Positions 29,847 through 38,425 of a stretch of 64,000 bases of DNA are shown one piece after another. The notes beneath the pieces are model-generated. The model saw only the letters and a list, made by a program, of their open reading frames with translations. It did not search any database and was not told the DNA's origin. This DNA is from an uncultured delta proteobacterium. Lineage in GTDB: Bacteria > Desulfobacterota > Syntrophobacteria > BM002. The stretch covers positions 160,001 through 224,000 of the forward strand of contig CAVQGX010000030.1 in NCBI GenBank assembly GCA_963712115.1. Direction: 5' to 3'. The number at the start of each line of letters is the position of its first letter. Position 1 is the first letter of the stretch. Both the position numbers and the translations under genes were made by a program.

Positions 29847-31313
29847 GGGAAAGAGTTGTTCTGGAGAATCTTCGGAGTTGGGTTTGGACTTAAGTTGAAT
29901 AGTGACCAGGACCTTTTTGTTCTGTCCGGGAAGCAGTCTAAGAGAAGCCGGAGAGAGTACCACTGGAACTTCCACGATTTTCTCTCCACTTTGAGGTTCT
30001 ATGTCGCCTACACTGATAGGCTCGGTTTTTAGGCTAAGCATATTGTTGAGCGTTGATAATGGGCCGGTTACCCTTACAGAACCCGGTCTGACCCTTATTC
30101 TGTCAATCAGATATCCGGGGGGGGGAGATCCAACTATATTTGGCTCTACCGCTATTTCTCTCTCTACTCGAGTTTCCATTTCTAATCTTATTGCCGCTGG
30201 GGTTATACGTACCACCTCCAGACCTAGTGGTAGTTCGATATTGTCTCCGTTCAACACAATTCGGTGAAATCCCGCTTCAATCGCACTGAGATCCAAGAAA
30301 GCACCCACCTGTTCTGGTTTGAGAGCGCTAACAAGCCTGCGTTTACCAGTAATTTGTACTTCTACTCTCTCGGCAGATGATCTCCTGAGTTCTAGGCTCT
30401 CCGGTATGTTACGAAAATCCACCGCAGTGGTAACATTAATCAGAGATAATTGCTTGCCCGAGTAGATTCCCCAGGAGGCCGAAACCAGCAGGAAGGTTAG
30501 TAGAAGGCCACCAGCTTGAATAAGCAACTCCCTCACCCTGGTTCTTGGTTTTACGGCTGTGTAAGTCCCCAGGAGCAATCTACCTAGCACCATCTGGAGT
30601 TGAGGCGGTTTAGGGACCAATTCCACTTCACCCCGATGTACCACCGAGACCTCGCCACGCTCTTCGGATACTACTACTATGACCACATCAGTCATCTCAC
30701 TCAGACCAATGGCGGCTCTGTGTCTGGTCCCGTATTGTCGGGGTAAACCCTCTTTTTTAGTTAAGGGCAAGTATGCCCCAACTAACTTGATCCGGTCTCC
30801 CTGTATTATTGCCGCGCCGTCATGCAGAGGACTTTCTTTGGCGAAGATGCTGGCCATAATTTCAGGGCTCCACTTGCCTTGGAGAGTAATTCCTTCACTC
30901 AAGTGTTCGGCCAACCTGTCTCGCTGTTGGAAAACAAGCATAGCACCTATTCTGTTCTTGGCCATCTTGAAGGCCGTCCTCTCTACCTCAGGCAGGTCAA
31001 TTGTCCCAGGTTGGTAAGGTCGACCTAGGAAAAGACGAGCGGGGCTGGTCTGAATTACAACGTCGCGGATTTCATTTCTGAAAACCACCACGATGACAAG
31101 CACAGCAATAGCACCTAAACCCTGGAAAAACCAGCTGGTGAGTATAAGGCCGCTTGCCTGGGCAAGGGTGTGACACACCCAAAGGAATAGAAGGCCTAAG
31201 AGTATTTGTAAGGCCGTAGTTCCACGGAAGAGGAGAAACAGCCTGTGGATAAGAAAGCTGATTACCAAGATGTCTACAACATCTTGCCATTTGAAAGAGA
31301 AAAGGAAATCCAT
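29844..31313 (-). CDS. diadenylate cyclase (CdaA/DacA-type) fused to YbbR (CdaR-like) domains
   Basis: Three N-terminal TM segments, a DAC domain with LHDGA and GTRHRAA, a further TM, then YbbR-like repeats (VQITG, P..VRVTGP). Confidence 0.9.
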   Translation of the reverse strand: MDFLFSFKWQDVVDILVISFLIHRLFLLFRGTTALQILLGLLFLWVCHTLAQASGLILTSWFFQGLGAIAVLVIVVVFRNEIRDVVIQTSPARLFLGRPYQPGTIDLPEVERTAFKMAKNRIGAMLVFQQRDRLAEHLSEGITLQGKWSPEIMASIFAKESPLHDGAAIIQGDRIKLVGAYLPLTKKEGLPRQYGTRHRAAIGLSEMTDVVIVVVSEERGEVSVVHRGEVELVPKPPQLQMVLGRLLLGTYTAVKPRTRVRELLIQAGGLLLTFLLVSASWGIYSGKQLSLINVTTAVDFRNIPESLELRRSSAERVEVQITGKRRLVSALKPEQVGAFLDLSAIEAGFHRIVLNGDNIELPLGLEVVRITPAAIRLEMETRVEREIAVEPNIVGSPPPGYLIDRIRVRPGSVRVTGPLSTLNNMLSLKTEPISVGDIEPQSGEKIVEVPVVLSPASLRLLPGQNKKVLVTIQLKSKPNSEDSPEQLFP

Positions 31314-31328
31314 GAAATATCCGGGCTA
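31311..31328 (-). repeat. solo terminal repeat of MITE family A overlapping the start codon
   Basis: Minus strand TAGCCCGGATATTTCATG matches the MITE terminus at 17 of 18 positions and ends in the ATG of the gene. Confidence 0.75.
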
Positions 31329-31833
31329 GAGAAAAATGTACCACCCCGAAGGGGTTGAACAGCATCTGCCTCCAACTACACAAGTTACAGAACTAGCAAG
31401 ATTCATACTTGAATGCAAGTGTACTCAAAAGACTTTTTGTCAGTTGTCCGTGGTCCGTTGCGAGAAAGCATAGAGCATAGGATTATACGGGCGAGACGGG
31501 CCCTTCGACAGGCTCAGGGTAAACTCACGAGAGGTCGAGCGAGACGGGATCAGGACTCAGAGGACAGCTGGCAGGGGGCGGGTAACTGCCAGAGGTCGGA
31601 GGTCGGAAGTCAGAGGACAATCTTCCTGTGAGCTAACTGACGATTTCTACGACTTCTACGGTTTCTACTATTTACCGCTTACCAATTACTAAAACTAATC
31701 AACTATTTGACCAATTGGCGCCATGCAATGCGCTCTGTGGGCGAAAACAGAAACCCCTTGCAAACAATTGGTCATTGGTGTAAGAATTTTTCACGATTCT
31801 AGACAAACATCTCTTCAATAAGCCAGCCTAAAT

Positions 31834-31910
31834 GCCCCCGTAGCTCAGGCGGATAGAGCTCCGGATTCCTAATCCGGGCGTCGCAGGTTCGAGTCCTGCC
31901 GGGGGCACCA
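31834..31910 (+). tRNA. tRNA-Arg (CCT)
   Basis: 77-nt cloverleaf with acceptor GCCCCCG/CGGGGGC, anticodon arm CCGGA-TTCCTAA-TCCGG, GGTTCGAGTCC and encoded CCA. Confidence 0.96.
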
Positions 31911-31920
31911 AAATAAAAAA

Positions 31921-32045
31921 ACCCGGCCTTGATCTGCCCCCAAGTGGGCTCTAAGGGTCTTTCAATCACAGGGGAGTCAGCTGGTGTAATCGAGTGGTCG
32001 GATGAAGGAGTCTGTGAAATCCGAAACTCCAAGCACCAAATTACA
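31921..32045 (-). repeat. dispersed composite repeat, family B (inverted, partial)
   Basis: The reverse complement contains ATTTGGTGCTTGGAGTTT...AAAGACC...GGGGGCAGATCAAGGCCGG. Confidence 0.55.
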
Positions 32046-32116
32046 AACAAATCTCAAATTCCAATACCAAATGACCGAAACAGGTTTGGAATTTTTATCA
32101 CTCCAGTAATCCATCA

Positions 32117-32962
32117 CTAAAGTATCGGTTGCGGATCCGTATCCGAAATGTATTGTATTTTTGATTTCCAGAAGGTAGTAAATTTGTCGATATTATTTGC
32201 AGACATAAATAGATTTCTTGCTGCTACACAGTCTTCGACGGATATTATCGCCCAGCCGACACTCTTGTTCTTTATTTCAAATATTGCAGAATAGTCGAAG
32301 AATAATTCTGAAGGATGCCAACTCACATGTTCAGCTAAAATAGCTGCAGCAATTATTGCAGCTTCAGTAAATTTGTCTTTATTGAAATTCACTTCTGATG
32401 AATATCTGTTTATCATGATTGCGAACTTGCCTCGATGTTTCCGTGAATGAAAAATCTCCACATAGCATTTGTAACCATTGTCTTCTAGGTACTTTTCAAG
32501 GTATTGGACTGCAGGTCCTTGCTCTGTTGGTGTTGTTTCTTTGACTGCCGCTGTGAGAAGGATACTACTGGTTTGGCCAGTTTCACTGTATTTCTGTTTA
32601 ATAGCCAAGGTTTTCTTTTCATTTGATTCTAGAGTTACCGCAGCCTTAGCCTCCTCGACAGTTTTAGCCTTGAGATCGAAATGAATCAAGCGATCACCGG
32701 TCTCACTCGACCTGCAAAGAACTTCTGAGTCGTAATAACCCTTCTTTTGAACTTGATAACAGCGTGCCTCCCAGGCTTGCCCGTATATAGATCTTTCAAA
32801 AGGAGTAACATAGTCGGTGTCTACAAAATTTGACTGAGAATAGCCCCAATAGATATCTGCACCTGGTGGCTCCGAAGTAATGCGTTCTTTATAGGTGGAG
32901 GCGCAACCTTGACTGGCTATTGCTGTGAAGAGCAAAAGAGATAGGATTTTTCTATAACACAT
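32117..32962 (-). CDS. hypothetical lipoprotein, N-terminal PEGA-like segment
   Basis: Signal peptide ending in SQGC, followed by ITSEPPGADIY; visibly AT-richer than its neighbours. Confidence 0.7.
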   Translation of the reverse strand: MCYRKILSLLLFTAIASQGCASTYKERITSEPPGADIYWGYSQSNFVDTDYVTPFERSIYGQAWEARCYQVQKKGYYDSEVLCRSSETGDRLIHFDLKAKTVEEAKAAVTLESNEKKTLAIKQKYSETGQTSSILLTAAVKETTPTEQGPAVQYLEKYLEDNGYKCYVEIFHSRKHRGKFAIMINRYSSEVNFNKDKFTEAAIIAAAILAEHVSWHPSELFFDYSAIFEIKNKSVGWAIISVEDCVAARNLFMSANNIDKFTTFWKSKIQYISDTDPQPIL

Positions 32963-33227
32963 GAACCCCTTACCTGCGTGGATAGATCATAGTGTGTTTA
33001 CAGATTACAGAAATAACACGATAAGTGGCAAGAAGAAAGTATCCAGACAAAAATCAGTTTACCTCTTCAGTCTTTACCATGTATGCTCTGGTTGATTCCA
33101 ACCTCCTTAACGTTCCACCTGAGCACGGCCAAAAATGTGAGGAAGAAGATATTTCATTAGGGTCCCGTAAACCTGGTCCTTTTGGGCCAGGTCAAAGCTA
33201 GATGGCTTTGCCGGTAAAGATGAAGAA

Positions 33228-33414
33228 AGGTTTCAGGTTTCAGTGTTCAGGTTTAAGGTTCTAGCCTTTATTTTTCTTTTTGCTGACACCTGACACCTAA
33301 AGCCCTGAGATTTGGTGTTTGGAATTTGATATTTTGCAATACTCCATCACTCCAATAGAGTCCCCCATGCGGTAAAGACCATTGAAGTCTTCTCAGGAGC
33401 CAGCTTAAAGCCAG
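33228..33414 (+). repeat. dispersed composite repeat, family B (most complete copy)
   Basis: GGTTTCAGTGTTCAGG...CTGACACCTGACACC...CCCTGAGATTTGGTGTTTGGAATTTG...TTTTGCAAT...AAAGACC...CAGCTTAAAGCCAG. Confidence 0.7.
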
Positions 33415-33462
33415 TTCCACCGGGCCTGGATTCTCTGTTTAACTGTAAATGATCAGCAAGGT

Positions 33463-35244
33463 ATGCACGCCATGAGACGGGAAGCTCTTATATGTTTGGT
33501 TTTGGCTGTATCTATCCTTGCTGTTTACTGGCAGGTAAAGGATCATGAGTTTATCGACTACGACGATAATGTCTACATCACCGACAACCCTCACGTGCAA
33601 TCTGGATTGACGAGCAAAAGCGCGGGTTGGGCCTTTACTACAACTCGGGCCGGAAATTGGCATCCTCTCACCTGGCTCTCCCACATGATGGACTACCGAC
33701 TGTTTGGTCTGAATCCCCGGGGACACCATCTAACCAGCGTCTTTTTACACATAACAAACAGCATTTTACTGTTCTTGGCTTTGAGATGGGCCACCTCCAC
33801 TATCTGGCCAAGCGCTCTCGTGGCCAGCTTATTTGCCATCCATCCGCTGCACGTCGAATCGGTTGCCTGGGTAGCTGAGCGCAAAGATGTAATAAGCACT
33901 TTTTTTTGGCTTTTAACTATTTTGGCTTACATCAATTATGCGAAACGTCCAAAAAGAAGAACTTACTTGCTGGTCCTTGTCCTTTTCACCCTAGGCCTTG
34001 CAGCCAAACCTATGTTGGTGACACTCCCATTTGTATTGCTCCTGTTGGACTACTGGCCCTTAAACCGTTTCCAACTAAGGCGAGATTACGGTTCGGCGAA
34101 AAATAAGAGCGCTAGATCTCTTGATTCAAGTACCCAGAAGTTGCCGCCCTCCAGGTTGATAGCGGAAAAGCTGCCAATGTTTATGCTTTCCGGAATATTC
34201 AGTGTTATCGCTCTGTGGGCTCAAGAGAAAGCAGGGGCCATGTCTGGACTGGAGATAGTGCCATTCAAGTGGAGAATAGCAAATGCTCTGGTATCCTATG
34301 TGTCCTACATAGGAAAGATGATATGGCCCCGAGGCCTGGCGGTATTCTACCCCCATCCGCAAGACAGTCTGCCAATTTGGCAAGTAGTATTGGCTGGCCT
34401 CTTCTTGTTAATTCTATCTACTGTGGTTGTTAGCCTAGCCGCTCGCTATAAGTACGGTCTTGTTGGCTGGCTGTGGTATCTGGGGACTCTTGTGCCGGTA
34501 ATTGGTCTCGTGCAGGTTGGCGAACAGGCCATGGCGGATCGTTACACCTATGTACCTCTCATAGGGCTTTACATTATCATTGCCTGGGGCCTTGCTGATT
34601 TAGGAAAAAAAAGTCACCGCAGACTAACTCTGTTGATAGTATCGGTAACTTCAGTTTTAATGGTGTTGGCTCTATGCAGTTGGCAGCAAGCAAGACTTTG
34701 GCGGAACAGCATTGGCCTTTTCGAACATGCCATCAAGGTAACCAACAACAACTATGTAGCCCACTATACCTTGGGAAATGCTTTGGCCCTGCAAGGAAAC
34801 TTGGCTGGAGCAATGGCTCAATATAAGGAGGCATTGAGAATTAGGCCAAATCATGCGGAAGTTCACAACAATCTCGGTAATGCCTTGGTCCTAGAAGGAA
34901 ACTTGGCCGGGGCAGTTGGACACTACAAAGAGTCCTTGCGAATCATTTCCAGCCAGGGGAAAACGCACCGCAACCTGGGCGTCGCCCTGGATCGGCAGGG
35001 GAAGCATGAAGAGGCCATTCGTCATTATAAGGAAGCATTGCGAATAAATCCCCGAGATGCACAGTCGCATAACAACATTGGGGTAACACTTGCGGAGCAG
35101 GGAAAACTCGAGGAGGCTATTGCCCATTTTTCCGAAGCAGTAAGGATCAACCCCAGTTTCACTGAAGCGCAACGCAACCTAGAAAAGGGTCTTAGACTCT
35201 TGGGCAAGACGACATCAAAGAATCCAGTAGATAGTAGTCAGTAG
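33463..35244 (+). CDS. TMTC-like GT-C membrane glycosyltransferase with C-terminal TPRs
   Basis: FIDYDDNVY, WHPLTWLS, HPLHVESVAWVAERKD and MADRYTY motifs, followed by about four TPRs. Confidence 0.88.
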   Translation: MHAMRREALICLVLAVSILAVYWQVKDHEFIDYDDNVYITDNPHVQSGLTSKSAGWAFTTTRAGNWHPLTWLSHMMDYRLFGLNPRGHHLTSVFLHITNSILLFLALRWATSTIWPSALVASLFAIHPLHVESVAWVAERKDVISTFFWLLTILAYINYAKRPKRRTYLLVLVLFTLGLAAKPMLVTLPFVLLLLDYWPLNRFQLRRDYGSAKNKSARSLDSSTQKLPPSRLIAEKLPMFMLSGIFSVIALWAQEKAGAMSGLEIVPFKWRIANALVSYVSYIGKMIWPRGLAVFYPHPQDSLPIWQVVLAGLFLLILSTVVVSLAARYKYGLVGWLWYLGTLVPVIGLVQVGEQAMADRYTYVPLIGLYIIIAWGLADLGKKSHRRLTLLIVSVTSVLMVLALCSWQQARLWRNSIGLFEHAIKVTNNNYVAHYTLGNALALQGNLAGAMAQYKEALRIRPNHAEVHNNLGNALVLEGNLAGAVGHYKESLRIISSQGKTHRNLGVALDRQGKHEEAIRHYKEALRINPRDAQSHNNIGVTLAEQGKLEEAIAHFSEAVRINPSFTEAQRNLEKGLRLLGKTTSKNPVDSSQ

Positions 35245-35512
35245 AACTGAGCATGGGGCATAGGGCAGGGAGCAGAGATCAGAGGTCGGAAGTCCGAGTT
35301 CAGAGGACACCATGCAGGAGGCAGCAGGCAGCTTGCAGCAAGCAGCTCGATTGAGCTTTACTTCAATCCGCAATCCGAAATCCCCAACCTCTTTTCTCTT
35401 GCCACTTAGGTCTTGCTGCTGTAATCTAACCAGGTCTAGTTCTCAGACCTGGTCCCCAACAATCATAGAACACCATGCTACTGAGAGATTATACCTTCAA
35501 AGGGATCAATGT

Positions 35513-35854
35513 ATGGTGATTTCTCGGGAAAGACGTAAGCACCCTAGGGCAAGAGCCAAGTGGGCTGTTACCTTGCAGACCGCTCAAGGCGTGATCAACA
35601 CGGAAATACACGATATTAGTACCGAGGGCGCATTTATCCGCTGCTTGGACCCTCTAGAGCCAGCAGAGACTTTCAAAATGGTCATCAACATCCCACGATC
35701 AGATCGTCGTCTGATAGTCGATTCGGAAGTGGTCTGGATAAACAGCCTTGGAGCAGATCACTCTGTTACCCCCCGTGGTATGGGAGTTCAATTCACCGAG
35801 ATTTCCGGTAGTGATCGACAGTTTCTCAGCAGAATGATTTTGAATCGCATCTAA
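35513..35854 (+). CDS. stand-alone PilZ domain protein
   Basis: RRKHPR (RxxxR), DISTEG (DxSxxG) and GMGVQF; start placed at ATG 35513. Confidence 0.85.
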   Translation: MVISRERRKHPRARAKWAVTLQTAQGVINTEIHDISTEGAFIRCLDPLEPAETFKMVINIPRSDRRLIVDSEVVWINSLGADHSVTPRGMGVQFTEISGSDRQFLSRMILNRI

Positions 35855-36032
35855 TCCGGATGTTTCCAACCTTCCACTCTTCCGCATTATGCCAAACCTC
35901 TATCACTCTAAAAACCGCGAGAGCTAGGTTGGTTCTTTGGTATGGATCATGCACTCCAATAGGAGGGTGTGGAGTATTCAGCCAGGGTTATGTTGACTTT
36001 TATATCATATCAGGGTCCTGCTAAGAAGAAAC

Positions 36033-36533
36033 ATGGCTTTAGGGTGGATTTTAATAGGCGGCTTCATTGTTTTCGTTTTACTTCTCCTGGCAAAAGATGA
36101 GTACTACGACAGGCAGGAGAAGAAAAAACGCATGGAACTCAGGGCAGAAATAGTATGGCCCGTTATAATATCTAAAGAGGTTGAAGTTCTGCAAGGCAGG
36201 ACAATCAATATCAGTGCTAGCGGGGCATTGCTATACTGTCCGGACCAACTCTCATTAAATGAGATCGTCCGTCTCACCATGAAGCCCCCCATAAGAGCTC
36301 AGCTGGAAATTACAGCGGAGGTGGTAAGAACCAATGTTCAGTGCTCTGAAGACGACGACCCACCTCAGGGAGTTGCTGTTCGTTTCATCATAATCTCAGA
36401 GAAAGACCGGCAGTTCATTTCTTTTAGTGTCTATGATCACCTCCGAGGAGAGAGGTTTCCCGACCAGTCACTTTACTCTCCGGCCAACCCTTCGCAGAAA
36501 GCCAGAACATTAATGCCCAAGTCGGGAAGGTAG
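36033..36533 (+). CDS. membrane-anchored PilZ domain protein
   Basis: N-terminal TM helix, RMELR, NISASG and GVAVRF. Confidence 0.82.
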   Translation: MALGWILIGGFIVFVLLLLAKDEYYDRQEKKKRMELRAEIVWPVIISKEVEVLQGRTINISASGALLYCPDQLSLNEIVRLTMKPPIRAQLEITAEVVRTNVQCSEDDDPPQGVAVRFIIISEKDRQFISFSVYDHLRGERFPDQSLYSPANPSQKARTLMPKSGR

Positions 36534-37243
36534 TAACCCCCCTCGAGTACAGTAAAAAATCTCCCTTGACATAGACGCAGGGCTGTACTCCTTATAGCCG
36601 CACCCATCGCCCGATAATCGTCAGTTTCCAAGATGCCTCCCCAATCCCGAACATAGGTGTCGAAACCTGCAGATAGAGCTAAGAGATCAACCTCACGGCA
36701 GTTTTCCAGCTCTTCCTCCAAAGAATCAAGATAGGCTTTTCTTGTCTTACCACGAATATTGACCACAGTTACTGCCTGATTGTCCTTGAAGATATTCTCC
36801 GTTCCGTCACCATAATGTAAGTCCAGGTCTAAAACCAACACACTTGCAACTGATCCTTTCGCTATCAATTTAGAGATGGCTACCGCGATGTTGTTAAAAA
36901 AACAATAACCCCAGTAGCGTTCAGGGCCAGCGTGATGTCCAGGTGGACGAATGAGAGCTAGGGCTGGTATCCTTCTAACCGCCTCCTCTGAGGCAGTGAT
37001 GGCTCCGCCAGCGGCGAGAAGGGCTGTTTGGTAGGTGTCTCGGCCCTCCAGTAGTACCCGCTCCACCATAGCTCGAGAGTGGACTCTATAGATGTCTTCG
37101 AGCACTGCAGGTTCCGGCCTAATTAAAGGGAAACGATCTCTCAGCTTGAAATAAACGGCTTTTACTCGCTCGGGACATTCAACCGTAGAAGTATAGTAGG
37201 GAGTAAGACATCCTTCATGGTAGACAAAGGAAAAAGGCGCCAT
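36473..37243 (-). CDS. histone deacetylase family protein (Zn-dependent amidohydrolase)
   Basis: ECPERV, RPPGHHA, GYCFFNNIA, DLDLHYGDGT, SAGFD and LEGGY motifs. Confidence 0.93.
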   Translation of the reverse strand: MAPFSFVYHEGCLTPYYTSTVECPERVKAVYFKLRDRFPLIRPEPAVLEDIYRVHSRAMVERVLLEGRDTYQTALLAAGGAITASEEAVRRIPALALIRPPGHHAGPERYWGYCFFNNIAVAISKLIAKGSVASVLVLDLDLHYGDGTENIFKDNQAVTVVNIRGKTRKAYLDSLEEELENCREVDLLALSAGFDTYVRDWGGILETDDYRAMGAAIRSTALRLCQGRFFTVLEGGYYLPDLGINVLAFCEGLAGE

Positions 37244-37607
37244 CTCGAACTCTTATTGCCAGTTTATTCTGGTGTGCGAATGAAAGTGTATTTGCTGATG
37301 TCTCTTCTATCGTTCCCACCGGGGCGTAGGCCCCTATGGGCCGGAGGCCAGGGCTCATCCGCCTGCGGCGGAGTCACTTCTATCCTGGCTGTGGCCGGGG
37401 GAAGGCGCCCTCTCCCTGTTTCCGCCTTCGGCGGACCAGGGGCTCCCCCAGCCACAGCCAGGGAAGTGGCACAGACCTTCCGCAGTCACTCAGAAGAAAC
37501 ATCAGCAAAGGCCAGAAGGGAAGGCTGCGAAACAACGAGCATCTGAGCAACCTATCTTTACGAATCTCAGCCTTGAAAGGGCTTGCATGAAGATGTGGTG
37601 CTTCCTA

Positions 37608-37624
37608 AGCAGGAACTCTGCCAA
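37608..37624 (-). promoter_or_regulatory. candidate sigma54 promoter
   Basis: Minus strand TTGGCAGAGTTCCTGCT fits GG-N10-GC. Confidence 0.45.
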
Positions 37625-37751
37625 TAAATGGCGCGAATATGATCGTTGTGGAGTAGCCTTCCCGTGGCCTATGTCACAAAAATATTTTTGGGAAACTCCT
37701 GGTCAGTTTACCATTGACAGAGGAGCAAATCGAGACTAAGCTCAGCCGACC

Positions 37752-37946
37752 TAGCCCGGATACTTGATGAATCGCTTGCTGCGACCACGGATATGGACGT
37801 CCTTCCGGGTGTCCTCGGCTGTTGGCTCCTGCGACGTACCATTCAGGTACGCCTCGGATCCAATCCCGCGGTACCGCGGGACGGTTACCCGGTGGCACGC
37901 CCATCTTCAAGGTCTCGCGACAGCAATTCATGAAACATCCGGGCTA
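37752..37946 (+). mobile_element. MITE family A, copy 4 (195 bp)
   Basis: TAGCCCGGATACTTGATGAAT...ATTCATGAAACATCCGGGCTA with the same internal palindrome. Confidence 0.88.
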
Positions 37947-38013
37947 AGAGCGGGAAAGCCGAAATCGGTTATTCGCCCTTGAGCAATTGAACTTCATATT
38001 CAGTTAAGGAAGT

Positions 38014-38421
38014 TTGCTTGTGAAACCATCCATAAGAGTTCCCCACTCGACTTTGTCTGAGCAACCGAACGTTTTCATTCTACACTGTGGCCTGGATATC
38101 AAAAAAGTGGAAAGGTCATGCGAAAAAGCAGATCTCCCGGTAAATTTAATTCTTTTTCGACGGGAAGAGGTTTTTTCCTACTATGTGCGGCTAGGCAGAC
38201 CTAGGCCTGACCTGATAATCATCCGGAGTCACTTCCGTTCGCTACTCACCTCCTTGGGTCAGGTCAAAGAGATTCCAACCATTGTGGTTTCAACTCATGG
38301 GAAGCCCACAGACTGCCTCCATCCCTTTATTCGGGCCTGGCAAGGCTATGATGGTCCTGACACCTTCAAGCTGTATGAGAAACTGGCCCTGTCTATGAGC
38401 AAAGAACTTTCCGTCCATTAA
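38014..38421 (+). CDS. hypothetical protein, weakly receiver-domain-like
   Basis: 135-aa ORF filling the spacer; RPDLIII...EIPTIVVS pattern; start uncertain. Confidence 0.5.
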   Translation: MLVKPSIRVPHSTLSEQPNVFILHCGLDIKKVERSCEKADLPVNLILFRREEVFSYYVRLGRPRPDLIIIRSHFRSLLTSLGQVKEIPTIVVSTHGKPTDCLHPFIRAWQGYDGPDTFKLYEKLALSMSKELSVH

Positions 38422-38425
38422 GATC

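Noticed and set aside
31834-35244. Possible prophage or integrative element at tRNA-Arg
   Set aside because: No integrase and no duplicated tRNA 3' end were seen in the window.
37217-37590. ORFs of 63-109 aa across the structured spacer
   Set aside because: They have low-complexity G/P/R/A-rich translations typical of GC-rich palindromic DNA and no evident ribosome-binding site.
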